A DNA stretch of 32,000 bases, taken from contig JALDRA010000001.1 of assembly GCA_031316235.1 (NCBI GenBank), positions 750,001 to 782,000 on the forward strand, given 5' to 3'. The position numbers and the translations under genes are program-made. Below the pieces are notes generated by a model. That model ran no database searches. It saw only the letters and a program-made list of their open reading frames with translations, and was not told where the DNA came from. This document shows, in pieces, positions 7,955-16,441 of this stretch; positions within the stretch are counted from its first letter, which is position 1; each line of letters begins with the position of its first letter. Origin of the DNA: Candidatus Scalindua sp. GTDB taxonomy: Bacteria > Planctomycetota > Brocadiia > Brocadiales > Scalinduaceae.

Positions 7955-9142
7955 ATGAGAAGAGTCTACCTCGACCACATGTCTGCAACAGCTACAGACC
8001 CGAAAGTTGTAGAAGAGATGATGCCTTTTTTTTCGGAAATTTTCGGGAGCCCTTCCTCTCATCTGCATGGATACGGACTCAAAGCGAAAAAGGCAATTGA
8101 TGAGTCAAGGAACAAAGTTGCAGATCTGATTCATGCCAAACCTGATGAGATAATCTTCACATCTACCGGAAGTGAAGCCAACAACCTGGCATTAAGGGGC
8201 ATTGCCCATGCCAATAAAGCAAAAGGAAAGCATATTGTAATCTCAGAAATCGAGCATTTTTCTGTATTATACACGGCACGTGAATTAGAAAAGGAGGGTT
8301 TTCGGGTAACGTATTTGAAGGTAGACAAGGAAGGCCTGGTAAACCCGGACGATGTCGCTAAGGCGATCACCGATGAAACCATCCTTGTTTCCATCATGCA
8401 TGCAAATAATGAAATCGGCGTAATCGAACCTATTGAAGAGATCGGACGCATTACGAAAAATAAGGGTGTCATATTTCACACAGATGCAGTAGCAACAGCA
8501 GGAGTTATCCCCGTTAACGTTTCACAATTCGGGGTGGACGCCTTAAGTTTAGCTTCACAGCCTTTTTACGGGCCTAAAGGTGTCGCGGCATTGTACCTGA
8601 GAGACGACATTGATATTATCCCCATCATGAGCGGAGGTGCCCAGGAAGGCGGCAGAAGGCCGGGTACGGATAATGTACCCGGAATTGTCGGAATGGGTAA
8701 AGCCGCTGAAATTGCCAAAACCGAGATGGAGTCTAGAATTAAACATCTCGTCCCGCTTCGTGACAAGATAATCGATGGACTTCAAAAGAGCGTAAAATAC
8801 CTTCATTTCACTGGACATCTCACCAAAAGGCTTCCGGGACATGTCAGTTTCTGGATATCCTTTGCAGAAGGGGAGACCCTTGTCTTGCTCTTGAACTACA
8901 ATGGTGTGGCCACTGCGAGCGGTTCCGCCTGCAGCTCCCCGGACCTTCAGGCGTCTCATGTGCTAACCGCCATCGGGGTACCACCTGACGTATGTCACGG
9001 ATCTATAACGGTAAGTCTTGGTAAGGATAACAGTGAAGAAGATGTTGATTATTTCCTGGAAACATTACCAAAGGTAGTTGACCGATGCTGGCAGATGTCT
9101 CCTCTCTATGAGGATGAATTAAAGAAAGAGCAGCAGGCCTAA
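7955..9142 (+). CDS. NifS/IscS-like class V aminotransferase-fold protein lacking the PLP-binding lysine
   Basis: Collinear with IscS: TSTGSEANN, SEIEHFSV, IFHTDA, catalytic-Cys loop ATASGSACSS. The SGHKIYGPKG motif reads LASQPFYGPKG, with codons CAG CCT at 8558-8563. Start chosen at MRRVYLDHMSAT (ATG 7955). Confidence 0.85.
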   Translation: MRRVYLDHMSATATDPKVVEEMMPFFSEIFGSPSSHLHGYGLKAKKAIDESRNKVADLIHAKPDEIIFTSTGSEANNLALRGIAHANKAKGKHIVISEIEHFSVLYTARELEKEGFRVTYLKVDKEGLVNPDDVAKAITDETILVSIMHANNEIGVIEPIEEIGRITKNKGVIFHTDAVATAGVIPVNVSQFGVDALSLASQPFYGPKGVAALYLRDDIDIIPIMSGGAQEGGRRPGTDNVPGIVGMGKAAEIAKTEMESRIKHLVPLRDKIIDGLQKSVKYLHFTGHLTKRLPGHVSFWISFAEGETLVLLLNYNGVATASGSACSSPDLQASHVLTAIGVPPDVCHGSITVSLGKDNSEEDVDYFLETLPKVVDRCWQMSPLYEDELKKEQQA

Positions 9143-9343
9143 TTGCCGTTTTCGAACACCACCAGGTGAATCCATCTACGGTATTATGCCGGGAATGTAA
9201 TTCAATGTGAAGCAGGTATTGAGGTTATCTGATGCCGATTTCTATTGGCAGGCAGGTCTTAGCTATTATTTTAATTTGCGGAACAGAACCGGGCAGTCAG
9301 CGATGTCGGGAGCTATGTTCCACTCTTTATAGGAGAAGAAACA

Positions 9344-9568
9344 ATGCCATTATACGAATATCGATGTAAAAAATGTGATAAGAGTTTTGAGATATTACAT
9401 AAGAGTAACGAAAAAGCCGTATGCCCTGAATGCGGAGGAAAATCCATGGAAAAACTTTTCTCCGTGTTTGCAAGTGGAGGCTCATCTGATTCATCCTTAA
9501 ATGGAACAGGACCTTCATCTTCACCGGGATGCAGTTCCGGTGGTTGTGGATGCGGCATGAATATGTGA
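9344..9568 (+). CDS. FmdB-family zinc-ribbon protein (CxxC_CxxC_SSSS type)
   Basis: MPLYEYRCKKCDKSFEILHKSNEKAVCPECGG is the signature N-terminus of this family. It has a Gly/Ser/Cys-rich tail. AGGAGAAG RBS. Confidence 0.85.
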   Translation: MPLYEYRCKKCDKSFEILHKSNEKAVCPECGGKSMEKLFSVFASGGSSDSSLNGTGPSSSPGCSSGGCGCGMNM

Positions 9569-9677
9569 TACGTTACACAGCGTAGCCCACTCAAGGCTGA
9601 AGTACCCTGAGTGAACTCTGGTCCATAAAGCAGATAATCTCCCCGCATCGGTGCGGGCAAACATTCTGGCTGAGAAC

Positions 9678-9743
9678 GGGGGTGTTTACCTGGCTGCAAG
9701 GACTGGGCGGGCCTCTTGCGGTCCCTGTAGCTCCGTCACCCCC
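9678..9743. other. 66-nt GC-rich imperfect hairpin between convergent genes (possible bidirectional terminator or part of an ncRNA)
   Basis: GGGGGTG (9678-9684) pairs with CACCCCC (9737-9743). An inner helix GCTGCAAGGAC / GTCCCTGTAGC pairs 9 of its 11 positions as Watson-Crick, with one C/A mismatch and a T-G apposition that is a G-U wobble on the + strand. No clean U-tract follows on either strand. Confidence 0.35.
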
Positions 9744-9794
9744 TTCTTCAGGTTTCTGGAATTGAATAGATGACGGCACTCTCAGCCGCTGAAT

Positions 9795-10400
9795 TTACAG
9801 CATTACCATGACACTCATCATGGCCGTTGACCATATAATATCTGCCGGCAGGTGAAGCTTGCAGGTGGTATCGAAGAGAAGATCGGCTCTGGGAGGAAAC
9901 TCTTCGTCACCCTTCCAGAGTATTATGGTAACAGGAATTCTTGGAAAAGGAAAGAGCCTTAACGACGCATCTCCGTATCCTGATTTTTCTCCGCCAAGTT
10001 CCTCTCCACGTATCAGGAACCCGTTGATATCATTGCCATATCTGTGTGCAATTTTATCAAGCGGAAGAATATGTGACCCTTTTAAGTAGATCTGCCCGGC
10101 TTCGAAGTCTTCAGGTTTTTCCAACTCTCCCGTGAGAAGAATATCCCTTGCATTGCTGAGATAGCAGAGGATTGAAATCCTGGAAAAATAACTCAGCTTA
10201 TTCAGCAGAATCTCACCGGCAGGTGAATCGCTCAGGATCTTTTTTTCAATAGGAAAAACAAGAATCTCCGAGCCGAAAGATTTAAGAACATACCGGCATT
10301 CCCCCTTATCATAAGTTACCTCCGCCCGTCTGGAGACATCTTCCGGTTTCAGATCTCCAAGAATTTTCCAGGCCCGTTCTTCGCCTGTTGATAAACTCAT
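9795..10400 (-). CDS. DUF3786-like protein (hypothetical)
   Basis: 201 aa. The C-terminal block FPFPRIPVTIILWKGDEEFPPRADLLFD...LPADIIW resembles my memory of DUF3786 proteins from anaerobes. Not verified by search. Confidence 0.45.
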   Translation of the reverse strand: MSLSTGEERAWKILGDLKPEDVSRRAEVTYDKGECRYVLKSFGSEILVFPIEKKILSDSPAGEILLNKLSYFSRISILCYLSNARDILLTGELEKPEDFEAGQIYLKGSHILPLDKIAHRYGNDINGFLIRGEELGGEKSGYGDASLRLFPFPRIPVTIILWKGDEEFPPRADLLFDTTCKLHLPADIIWSTAMMSVMVML

Positions 10401-10411
10401 TATTCTACTGT

Positions 10412-10437
10412 TATACTCACCTTATAATGGTTTTCGG
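10412..10437 (+). repeat. Family-1 repeat, 5'-terminal fragment
   Basis: TATACTCACCTTATAATGGTTTTCGG matches the 5' end of copies A and B (TATACTCATCTCATACTGGATTTCGG / ..CCCATAATGGTTTTCGG). The rest of the element is missing or diverged. It lies 12 nt from the DUF3786-like start codon. Confidence 0.6.
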
Positions 10438-10529
10438 TTTTCAGAAACTCGATTTCACATAAACTCATACCCTGAAATGCCAGGAATCATTGTACCATGG
10501 GTATATGAACTTTCATTTATCCAACAACC

Positions 10530-10787
10530 TCAGAGAACATAAATCCATAAAAACACCAGAAGAGTAAGGATTAAGACAATGTACAAAAAAGTTCTATTTT
10601 GAAAAAGAGAGGTCGATGGACGTGCATTTACTACCTCATCATCCTCATGAAGATCAAGACCATCATATATTGTTTCCTCAGACCAGCCGGTGTTTTCATC
10701 AGAACCACATTCGGGACATACCTTGGCCTTTGGCAGTAACTCTGCTCCACAATTCGGGCAGGCAAAATAATCATGCATGAATTTCAA
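10530..10787 (-). CDS. Zinc-ribbon protein with C-terminal transmembrane helix (hypothetical)
   Basis: CPNCG...CPECG zinc ribbon, an acidic linker, then the hydrophobic tail FLYIVLILTLLVFLWIYVL. Confidence 0.6.
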   Translation of the reverse strand: MKFMHDYFACPNCGAELLPKAKVCPECGSDENTGWSEETIYDGLDLHEDDEVVNARPSTSLFQNRTFLYIVLILTLLVFLWIYVL

Positions 10788-10952
10788 CTCCTTGAACTGT
10801 AAACCGCTTCATCTACCATCACAGACCTTGAATAATAATTTTCTTCATTAATTTCCTGCTACTGCACTGTCACGCAAACTCAACCATCACCAGAACTTTT
10901 TTCAGCCGCACACTGAGCCATGAGCCTCCTCTTTACCCTGGACTTAATCGGT

Positions 10953-13391
10953 TCAATTCATATCCTCTGGCGTTATCAGGCCACATAACACCTTATTCAG
11001 CACCTTGATTTCAAACGGTTTTGACACACCTCCACAAAAACCGTACCATTTAAAATTGGATAAAATCGGATCATTGGAGTATCCACTTGACACTATCGCC
11101 TTTACGTCAGGATCTATCTCAAGCAGTCTCTTAACCACTGTCTCTCCTCCCAGTCCGCCAGGTATGGTTAAATCCAGTATAACCGCATCAAAGGAGTCAT
11201 CCTCTTCTATAGCATTCCTATACAAACGAATTGCTTCTTCCCCTTCTCTGCATACCTCAACATCGTATCCGATGTTCCTCAGCAGCTGGCTTGTTGTATA
11301 TCTGATCTGCACCTCATCATCCATTATCAATATCCTTCCCTTGCCTGCAATTGGGCTTTCCTGCTTATCATCATTCACCGGGACCTCTTCTTCAGATATC
11401 GGTATATAGAAATGGAAGGTTGTTCCGGCCCCTATCTCCGATTCTACACTGATATATCCTCCATGGAACTTAATAATGGAAAAACAAACCGCAAGTCCCA
11501 GGCCGCTGCCCTTCTCCTTTGTCGTGAAATATGGATCAAATATCATGTTAGTATGCTCTTTTTGTATTCCGTATCCATAATCCACAACAGTTACCTTGAT
11601 GTAATCTCCGGGTTTCAGCGTGGGAACTTCCTTGCGGTCTATGGTGACATTTTCAGCAAAGACCTCTATCATACCGCCTTCCGGCATGGCCTGATCGGCA
11701 TTAATTATGAGATTGTTGATTACCTGGCTGATCTGTCCTGCATCAATATCGACAGGCCAAAGGTCATCAGGCAAAGAAATGTTGCACGTGACTTTTGAAC
11801 CTCTCAGGCTGAAACTGATTGTATCTTCTATCACTTCCCTGATAGAGGATGGCTGCTTTATCGGTAATCCACCTTTAGAAAAGGTAATGAGCTGAAATGT
11901 GAGCTTCTTTGCCATAAAAGCTATTTTTTCTACTTCTCTCAGATTTTGATATGGCGCGTCCTCTTTATGCACTCCCATCTTCGCAAGTGCTATATTCCCC
12001 AGTATACAGGCAAGATAGTTATTGAAATCGTGTGCAATACCACCGACAAGGATCCCCAGAGATTCAAGTTTTTGTATTCTGAGACGCTCTTTTTCTATTT
12101 TCTTCTGCTGGGTAAGGTCAATGGCAACTCCGATTGATCCTACGAGTTTTTTACTCGTATCATAGCGCGGGTGAATGGTATAAAAGACCGGAAACACTTC
12201 ACCACCTTTGCGAATCAGAATCGTCTCCCCGAAAAACCCCTTTTCCCCTCTTCTCAAAGCCTCCTGCATTGCAGTTATATCTTTAATGAATTCCTGAGGA
12301 TGGAGGGTGGCGAACCGTTCTCTTAATACTTCCTCTTTGGAGTATCCAAATATCTTTTCTGCACCCGGGCTGAAATTCAATATCTTCGTACCTTCTCCAC
12401 CAAGATCAGTCATGATAAGCGCAACGTTATCTACCGCATCGTACATCGCACGCAGAGACCCTTCCTGTTCATGTAAACCCTCTTCCGCCTTTTTGCGTTT
12501 GACCATTCCTGCCAACGTGTTCGCTATTGATTCCAGGAACAACTCCTCCCGTTCAGGTCTTTTCCCCAATTCGTCAAGATAGAGCAATAGTACACCAATC
12601 ACCTGTTCATCCAGCCTGATAGGTACAATGTAGTGACCATGTGAAACAATTTCTTTGTAGAGGTTCTCGTCTCGATCATCAACAGAATATTTATACATGA
12701 TATTTCTAAACTGGGCGGCCCTGCCACAGAGACAATGCCCGAACGTAACGGAAGAACACATCTTAACATGTTTCTTATCCAGACTTCGGTTTACCTTCAC
12801 TACAAGTATTTCTGGCTCATCTTCCACAAGAAATATTCCACCCTTTGGCAGTGCAGACATCCAGGGTACGGAAAGAATCACATCCAGAGATTCTTCCAGC
12901 TGTTTCGTGAGATCAATCTCCTTTAGTGATATCTTGAGGAGTTTATTCAGTACCTCCTGGTTCTGGTACGTCTCCTTCAATTCCTGATCCACTTTTTTAC
13001 GTCTGTTGACCTGGTTAATGGTAGAGAGGAGATGATCGATGTTTAATGGTTGCGTCTCGGACGATATCGCAGTTTTCACTGCTTCAATACCGTTATCCGG
13101 GGTAACAAAAGACGACATCAAGATAAATTCGGTTGAAGGCGAAATATCTCTTAATTTCCTGCTCAGTTCATCACCGGCAATGTCCGGCAACTTAACAGCT
13201 ATAAGGACGATGTCATAACTTTTGTACTTTATCAGGGTGACCGCATCCTTGCCACCATAACAACACTCAACAGTACAGTCATTACCCTCCAGGAACTCCT
13301 TCAAGCCCTCAGAGAGTACTTCATTATCATTAATAATAAGTATGTGAGTTTCTGTTTCCATCACAGGAGTCGTTTGAAACGAAGCGTTCAT
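10953..13391 (-). CDS. Hybrid sensor histidine kinase (pseudo-receiver, GAF, PAS, HisKA, HATPase_c, receiver)
   Basis: H-box GGIAHDFNNYLACILG. ATPase N/G boxes INNLIINADQAM, DYGYGI, GSGLGLAV. C-terminal receiver ILIMDDE...AVILDLTIPGG...SSGYS...KPF. GAF-like CLCGRAA region. N-terminal receiver-like fold with Ala in place of the phospho-Asp. Confidence 0.9.
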   Translation of the reverse strand: MNASFQTTPVMETETHILIINDNEVLSEGLKEFLEGNDCTVECCYGGKDAVTLIKYKSYDIVLIAVKLPDIAGDELSRKLRDISPSTEFILMSSFVTPDNGIEAVKTAISSETQPLNIDHLLSTINQVNRRKKVDQELKETYQNQEVLNKLLKISLKEIDLTKQLEESLDVILSVPWMSALPKGGIFLVEDEPEILVVKVNRSLDKKHVKMCSSVTFGHCLCGRAAQFRNIMYKYSVDDRDENLYKEIVSHGHYIVPIRLDEQVIGVLLLYLDELGKRPEREELFLESIANTLAGMVKRKKAEEGLHEQEGSLRAMYDAVDNVALIMTDLGGEGTKILNFSPGAEKIFGYSKEEVLRERFATLHPQEFIKDITAMQEALRRGEKGFFGETILIRKGGEVFPVFYTIHPRYDTSKKLVGSIGVAIDLTQQKKIEKERLRIQKLESLGILVGGIAHDFNNYLACILGNIALAKMGVHKEDAPYQNLREVEKIAFMAKKLTFQLITFSKGGLPIKQPSSIREVIEDTISFSLRGSKVTCNISLPDDLWPVDIDAGQISQVINNLIINADQAMPEGGMIEVFAENVTIDRKEVPTLKPGDYIKVTVVDYGYGIQKEHTNMIFDPYFTTKEKGSGLGLAVCFSIIKFHGGYISVESEIGAGTTFHFYIPISEEEVPVNDDKQESPIAGKGRILIMDDEVQIRYTTSQLLRNIGYDVEVCREGEEAIRLYRNAIEEDDSFDAVILDLTIPGGLGGETVVKRLLEIDPDVKAIVSSGYSNDPILSNFKWYGFCGGVSKPFEIKVLNKVLCGLITPEDMN

Positions 13392-13535
13392 GTCCCAACA
13401 TGAACGTAAAGGCCGATTATATGCATGCTGTCGACAGTTTGAAAGGGTTGATATCTTAGCTTTTCCCGCACCGCAAGCGGTATCTTTTCATTCACCACTC
13501 TGGAAAAGAGCTGGTTTCTCTACAGAGATTAAGAT

Positions 13536-13675
13536 TGTATTAAAACCGATCTGGTTTCAGATTTTTCTAAAAACCAAAGCCTGGTTGCCGGTATCCCCGG
13601 ACAGAAAACGCCGAGGACTTTTCTCGCTCCGTTTTTTCCCGGATTGTATCCGAAAACCATTACAACAGGTAAACC
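13536..13675 (-). repeat. Family-1 structured intergenic repeat, copy D (long form, subfamily b)
   Basis: The reverse complement reads ..TAATGGTTTTCGGATACAATCCGGGAAAAAACGGAGCGAGAAAAGTCCTCGGCGTTTTCTGTCCGGGGATACCGGCAACCAGGCTTTGGTTTTTAGAAAAATCTGAAACCAGATCGGTTTTAATACA. Both termini are diverged. Confidence 0.85.
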
Positions 13676-14017
13676 GAATCACACAAAAATAGATACAGAA
13701 ATTCAGGTAACAGTGAGACTCGGAGAACAAGACTTGCACTAAGATGCCCAATAATCACAATGTGCAATTTTTCCCCGCTGAAATTCGTCGTATTTTACTG
13801 TTGTTACTTCTAATTTTCCATATAATTATGGCAATACTCTTCGTGAGCCCGAGTGTCTTGTTCACTGTACAAGCAATTGATATCTTTCATTTCATGTAAG
13901 GTACTTCTTTTTTTTGTTTTGAAAAAATCCGGAATCTATGTTAAAAAGCACTAATAATTTTTACCTTCTGTCAACGTGAAAGAGGATCTGATCACGTTCT
14001 AAAAAAAAGCGCGCCGT

Positions 14018-14130
14018 TATACTAAAACCGATTTGGTTTTCGGTTTTACCGGAAACCAAATCTTGGTTGCGGTTATACTCGCTCAATTTTATCTCGGATT
14101 TTATCCGAAATCCAGTATGAGATGAGTATA
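14018..14130 (-). repeat. Family-1 structured intergenic repeat, copy E (short form)
   Basis: The reverse complement reads TATACTCATCTCATACTGGATTTCGGATAAAATCCGAGATAAAATTGAGCGAGTATAACCGCAACCAAGATTTGGTTTCCGGTAAAACCGAAAACCAAATCGGTTTTAGTATA. It ends 8 nt before ATG 14139. Confidence 0.95.
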
Positions 14131-14138
14131 CATTATTG

Positions 14139-15221
14139 ATGATGAGAAGAAACAGAGACAAAAAGGTGTATAAAAAAGGATTTAATCTTTTTGAAGCATA
14201 CCCGATGACCTTTTCAGAAAAAGTGGAATCCGTTGGGTATGATGGACCTGCAGAGGCTTTTACCATTCCATCACCTGGTTCAAAAGTCGAGCATATTGTC
14301 ATAAACCTCTGCCCTACTGAACCATGGGCACTTCCAAACTCAATAGCCATAGAGAATAATGCCCAGGAATTCTTTTCACAACTGGATACCGTACGAAAAC
14401 AACTCTTTGATGAATCATGCTGCCATGTCGTCATAAGTGCTCACGAAAGGGACCTGATGAGAGAAGTACAGGGGTTCAAGGGGTATGGTGACTGGCTGCA
14501 CACATACCTGCTGGATCCCATATACCCCCATGATGATCCAGTCCTTATATTGAATGAACTCCTGGGGTTAGACCTTGCCTTTGGTCAGGATAGCGTTGAA
14601 ATAGGTGTTCTTTTTTTAGATGCCCAGACCGTTACCGGTATATTTGAGCATCATATTCAAGGGAACAGATACAGTACCCGTCTCATACCCATATCCGGAA
14701 CCGGGTTAGTGAAAAACAAAATTCTCAAGGTTACGCCCGGTACTCCTCTTCGTGTACTGCTGGAGGGGAACATCAAACAAAATATCACCTACCGGGCATT
14801 TATTGACGGTCCGTTAAAGGGGTCTGAAGTCACCGATTTTAGTCAGAAGTTAAACTGGTCGACAAACAATATCGTTGTTCTTGAGGAAAAAGATTACAAG
14901 ACACCATTTCCTTATGTAAATTTAGACAAGCTGCTTTTTACGACAAGCCTGATGGGTGAATTGAGACACTGCGTATACTGTAATCATTGTGACGATATAT
15001 GCCCTGTCGGTTTAGAACCAGTCCTGTTCTGGCAATGTCACGAACGGGGAGAGAAGCAGAAGGCGCACCTTTATCGATTAGACAAATGTATCGAATGTGG
15101 ACTCTGCAGCTTTATCTGCCCTTCAAAGCTGGAGCTCCTTCAGGCTATCAAGGATTGTAAGTCAATTACCGCTGCAGATCAGGGCCCGGGAACAGATCAG
15201 AGTAAAGGGGCGGATGGATAA
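14139..15221 (+). CDS. RnfC/NqrA-like subunit with two 4Fe-4S motifs and no NADH/FMN loop
   Basis: CVYCNHCDDICP and CIECGLCSFICP (CxxCxxCxxxCP, twice). IVINLCPTEPW aligns to the NGAECEP segment of RnfC/NuoF-type domains. No GxGGAGFP loop and no long N-terminal RnfC_N region. It is the first gene of an nqr/rnf-like operon. Start may be ATG 14139 or 14142 (TTG 14136 in the track). Confidence 0.7.
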   Translation: MMRRNRDKKVYKKGFNLFEAYPMTFSEKVESVGYDGPAEAFTIPSPGSKVEHIVINLCPTEPWALPNSIAIENNAQEFFSQLDTVRKQLFDESCCHVVISAHERDLMREVQGFKGYGDWLHTYLLDPIYPHDDPVLILNELLGLDLAFGQDSVEIGVLFLDAQTVTGIFEHHIQGNRYSTRLIPISGTGLVKNKILKVTPGTPLRVLLEGNIKQNITYRAFIDGPLKGSEVTDFSQKLNWSTNNIVVLEEKDYKTPFPYVNLDKLLFTTSLMGELRHCVYCNHCDDICPVGLEPVLFWQCHERGEKQKAHLYRLDKCIECGLCSFICPSKLELLQAIKDCKSITAADQGPGTDQSKGADG

Positions 15222-15239
15222 CTTTCCACTTTCGTGGGA

Positions 15240-16361
15240 ATGGCAGAGAATTACATGAAAATAAATCGGATTTCAAAAAATAAAGATCCTTTTGTCAATA
15301 AAACTCTCAACAGGATTGAATCATTCATACATACACGACCCAGGGTCAATTTTCTTTTCGGGTCGCTTTTCGATGCCTTTGACGGACTTATAAGAAGTGC
15401 AAAAGACACTTCCAAGTCTCCTCCCTTCATTCGAAATCAGATGGATGTAAAACAGTATATGGGTGGTGTCATTGTGGCATTAATTTTTGGTTGGGTACTC
15501 CCCGCCATTTATTTCTATGGATTTTTCTGCGTTGTCCCCAAGATTATTGTATCTTTTGTTGTCGGTGTTTTTATTGTAGAGGTACTATGGGTCATCCTTG
15601 CCAGAGAAACGAAGATCAATGAAGGAGGATTTGTAACGTGCCTCTTTATCCCTGCATTCTTACCTCCCCAGGCACCTCTCTGGCTTGTCGGTGTGGGAGC
15701 TGCTGTCAGCATACTCCTCAGAAATATCCTTGGAGGGGTAGGAAACAATCTTGTGAACCCGGCCCTGTTGGGGCGTCTGATCTTGACTATCTGTTTTCCC
15801 TCTGTAATTGTCTTCGGCTGGCAGGAACCCCTTACGACTCTCCCAACCCTGCAATCCCTGCAATATGGAGTTGATGCGGTCACCCACGCAACTCCCCTGA
15901 TGCTCTACAAGGAAACAGGAGAGATAACATCGTACATTTCTCTCTTACTCGGAACCGGTACCGGTTCCCTGGGAGAAACGTGCCGGATAGCCATTCTCAT
16001 AAGCGGAATATGGTTATGCATAAAGCGGATTGCAAACTGGAGAATTCCCGTTGCTTTTTTAGGGAGCGTATTTTTCTTCGCTCTCCTGTTCTCTCTGCTG
16101 AGGGGAGAGACGGTGATACCGCCAATGCTGCAGCTCATGAGCGGAGGTCTTATCTTTGCTGCATTCTTTATGGCAACAGATCCGGTTACGACAACATACA
16201 ATCAGACGAGTAAGTGGATATTTAGTATCGGTTGCGGTTTTTTTACCGTGGTAATCAGAAATTTTACTCCTGTCCCTGAAGGCGTCATGTATGCCATCCT
16301 GCTGATGAATCTGATAGGGATCCCGATCCAATCTATCGTCTTACGGATAAAGTACCGATAA
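15240..16361 (+). CDS. NqrB/RnfD-like membrane subunit
   Basis: GVDAVTHATPL (flavinylation-type Dxx[ST]xA[ST] motif) and FFMATDPVTT near the C-terminus, polytopic. The start is ambiguous (GTG 15234, ATG 15240 or ATG 15255). Confidence 0.85.
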   Translation: MAENYMKINRISKNKDPFVNKTLNRIESFIHTRPRVNFLFGSLFDAFDGLIRSAKDTSKSPPFIRNQMDVKQYMGGVIVALIFGWVLPAIYFYGFFCVVPKIIVSFVVGVFIVEVLWVILARETKINEGGFVTCLFIPAFLPPQAPLWLVGVGAAVSILLRNILGGVGNNLVNPALLGRLILTICFPSVIVFGWQEPLTTLPTLQSLQYGVDAVTHATPLMLYKETGEITSYISLLLGTGTGSLGETCRIAILISGIWLCIKRIANWRIPVAFLGSVFFFALLFSLLRGETVIPPMLQLMSGGLIFAAFFMATDPVTTTYNQTSKWIFSIGCGFFTVVIRNFTPVPEGVMYAILLMNLIGIPIQSIVLRIKYR

Positions 16362-16441
16362 TTGCCGATCCATCAAGACTTGAAACGAAAATCAATGAAT
16401 TAAATACCTGTACCCTTTGAATAACGAAAGCACGTAAAAAA

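Noticed and set aside
9678-9743. SRP (4.5S) RNA, prompted by UGUUUACC and UGUAGCU words shared with E. coli 4.5S RNA
   Set aside because: The conserved domain IV core (GGUCAGGUCC-GNRA-GGAAGCAGCC with its symmetric and asymmetric loops) is not present on either strand. The shared words are short and probably coincidental.
9313-9779. ORFs 9313-9699 (-) and 9591-9779 (-) as coding genes
   Set aside because: The first is antisense to the well-supported FmdB-type gene and extends into a GC-rich hairpin region. The second lies within that hairpin region. Both have low-complexity Pro/Gly/Ser-rich translations typical of GC-rich non-coding DNA.
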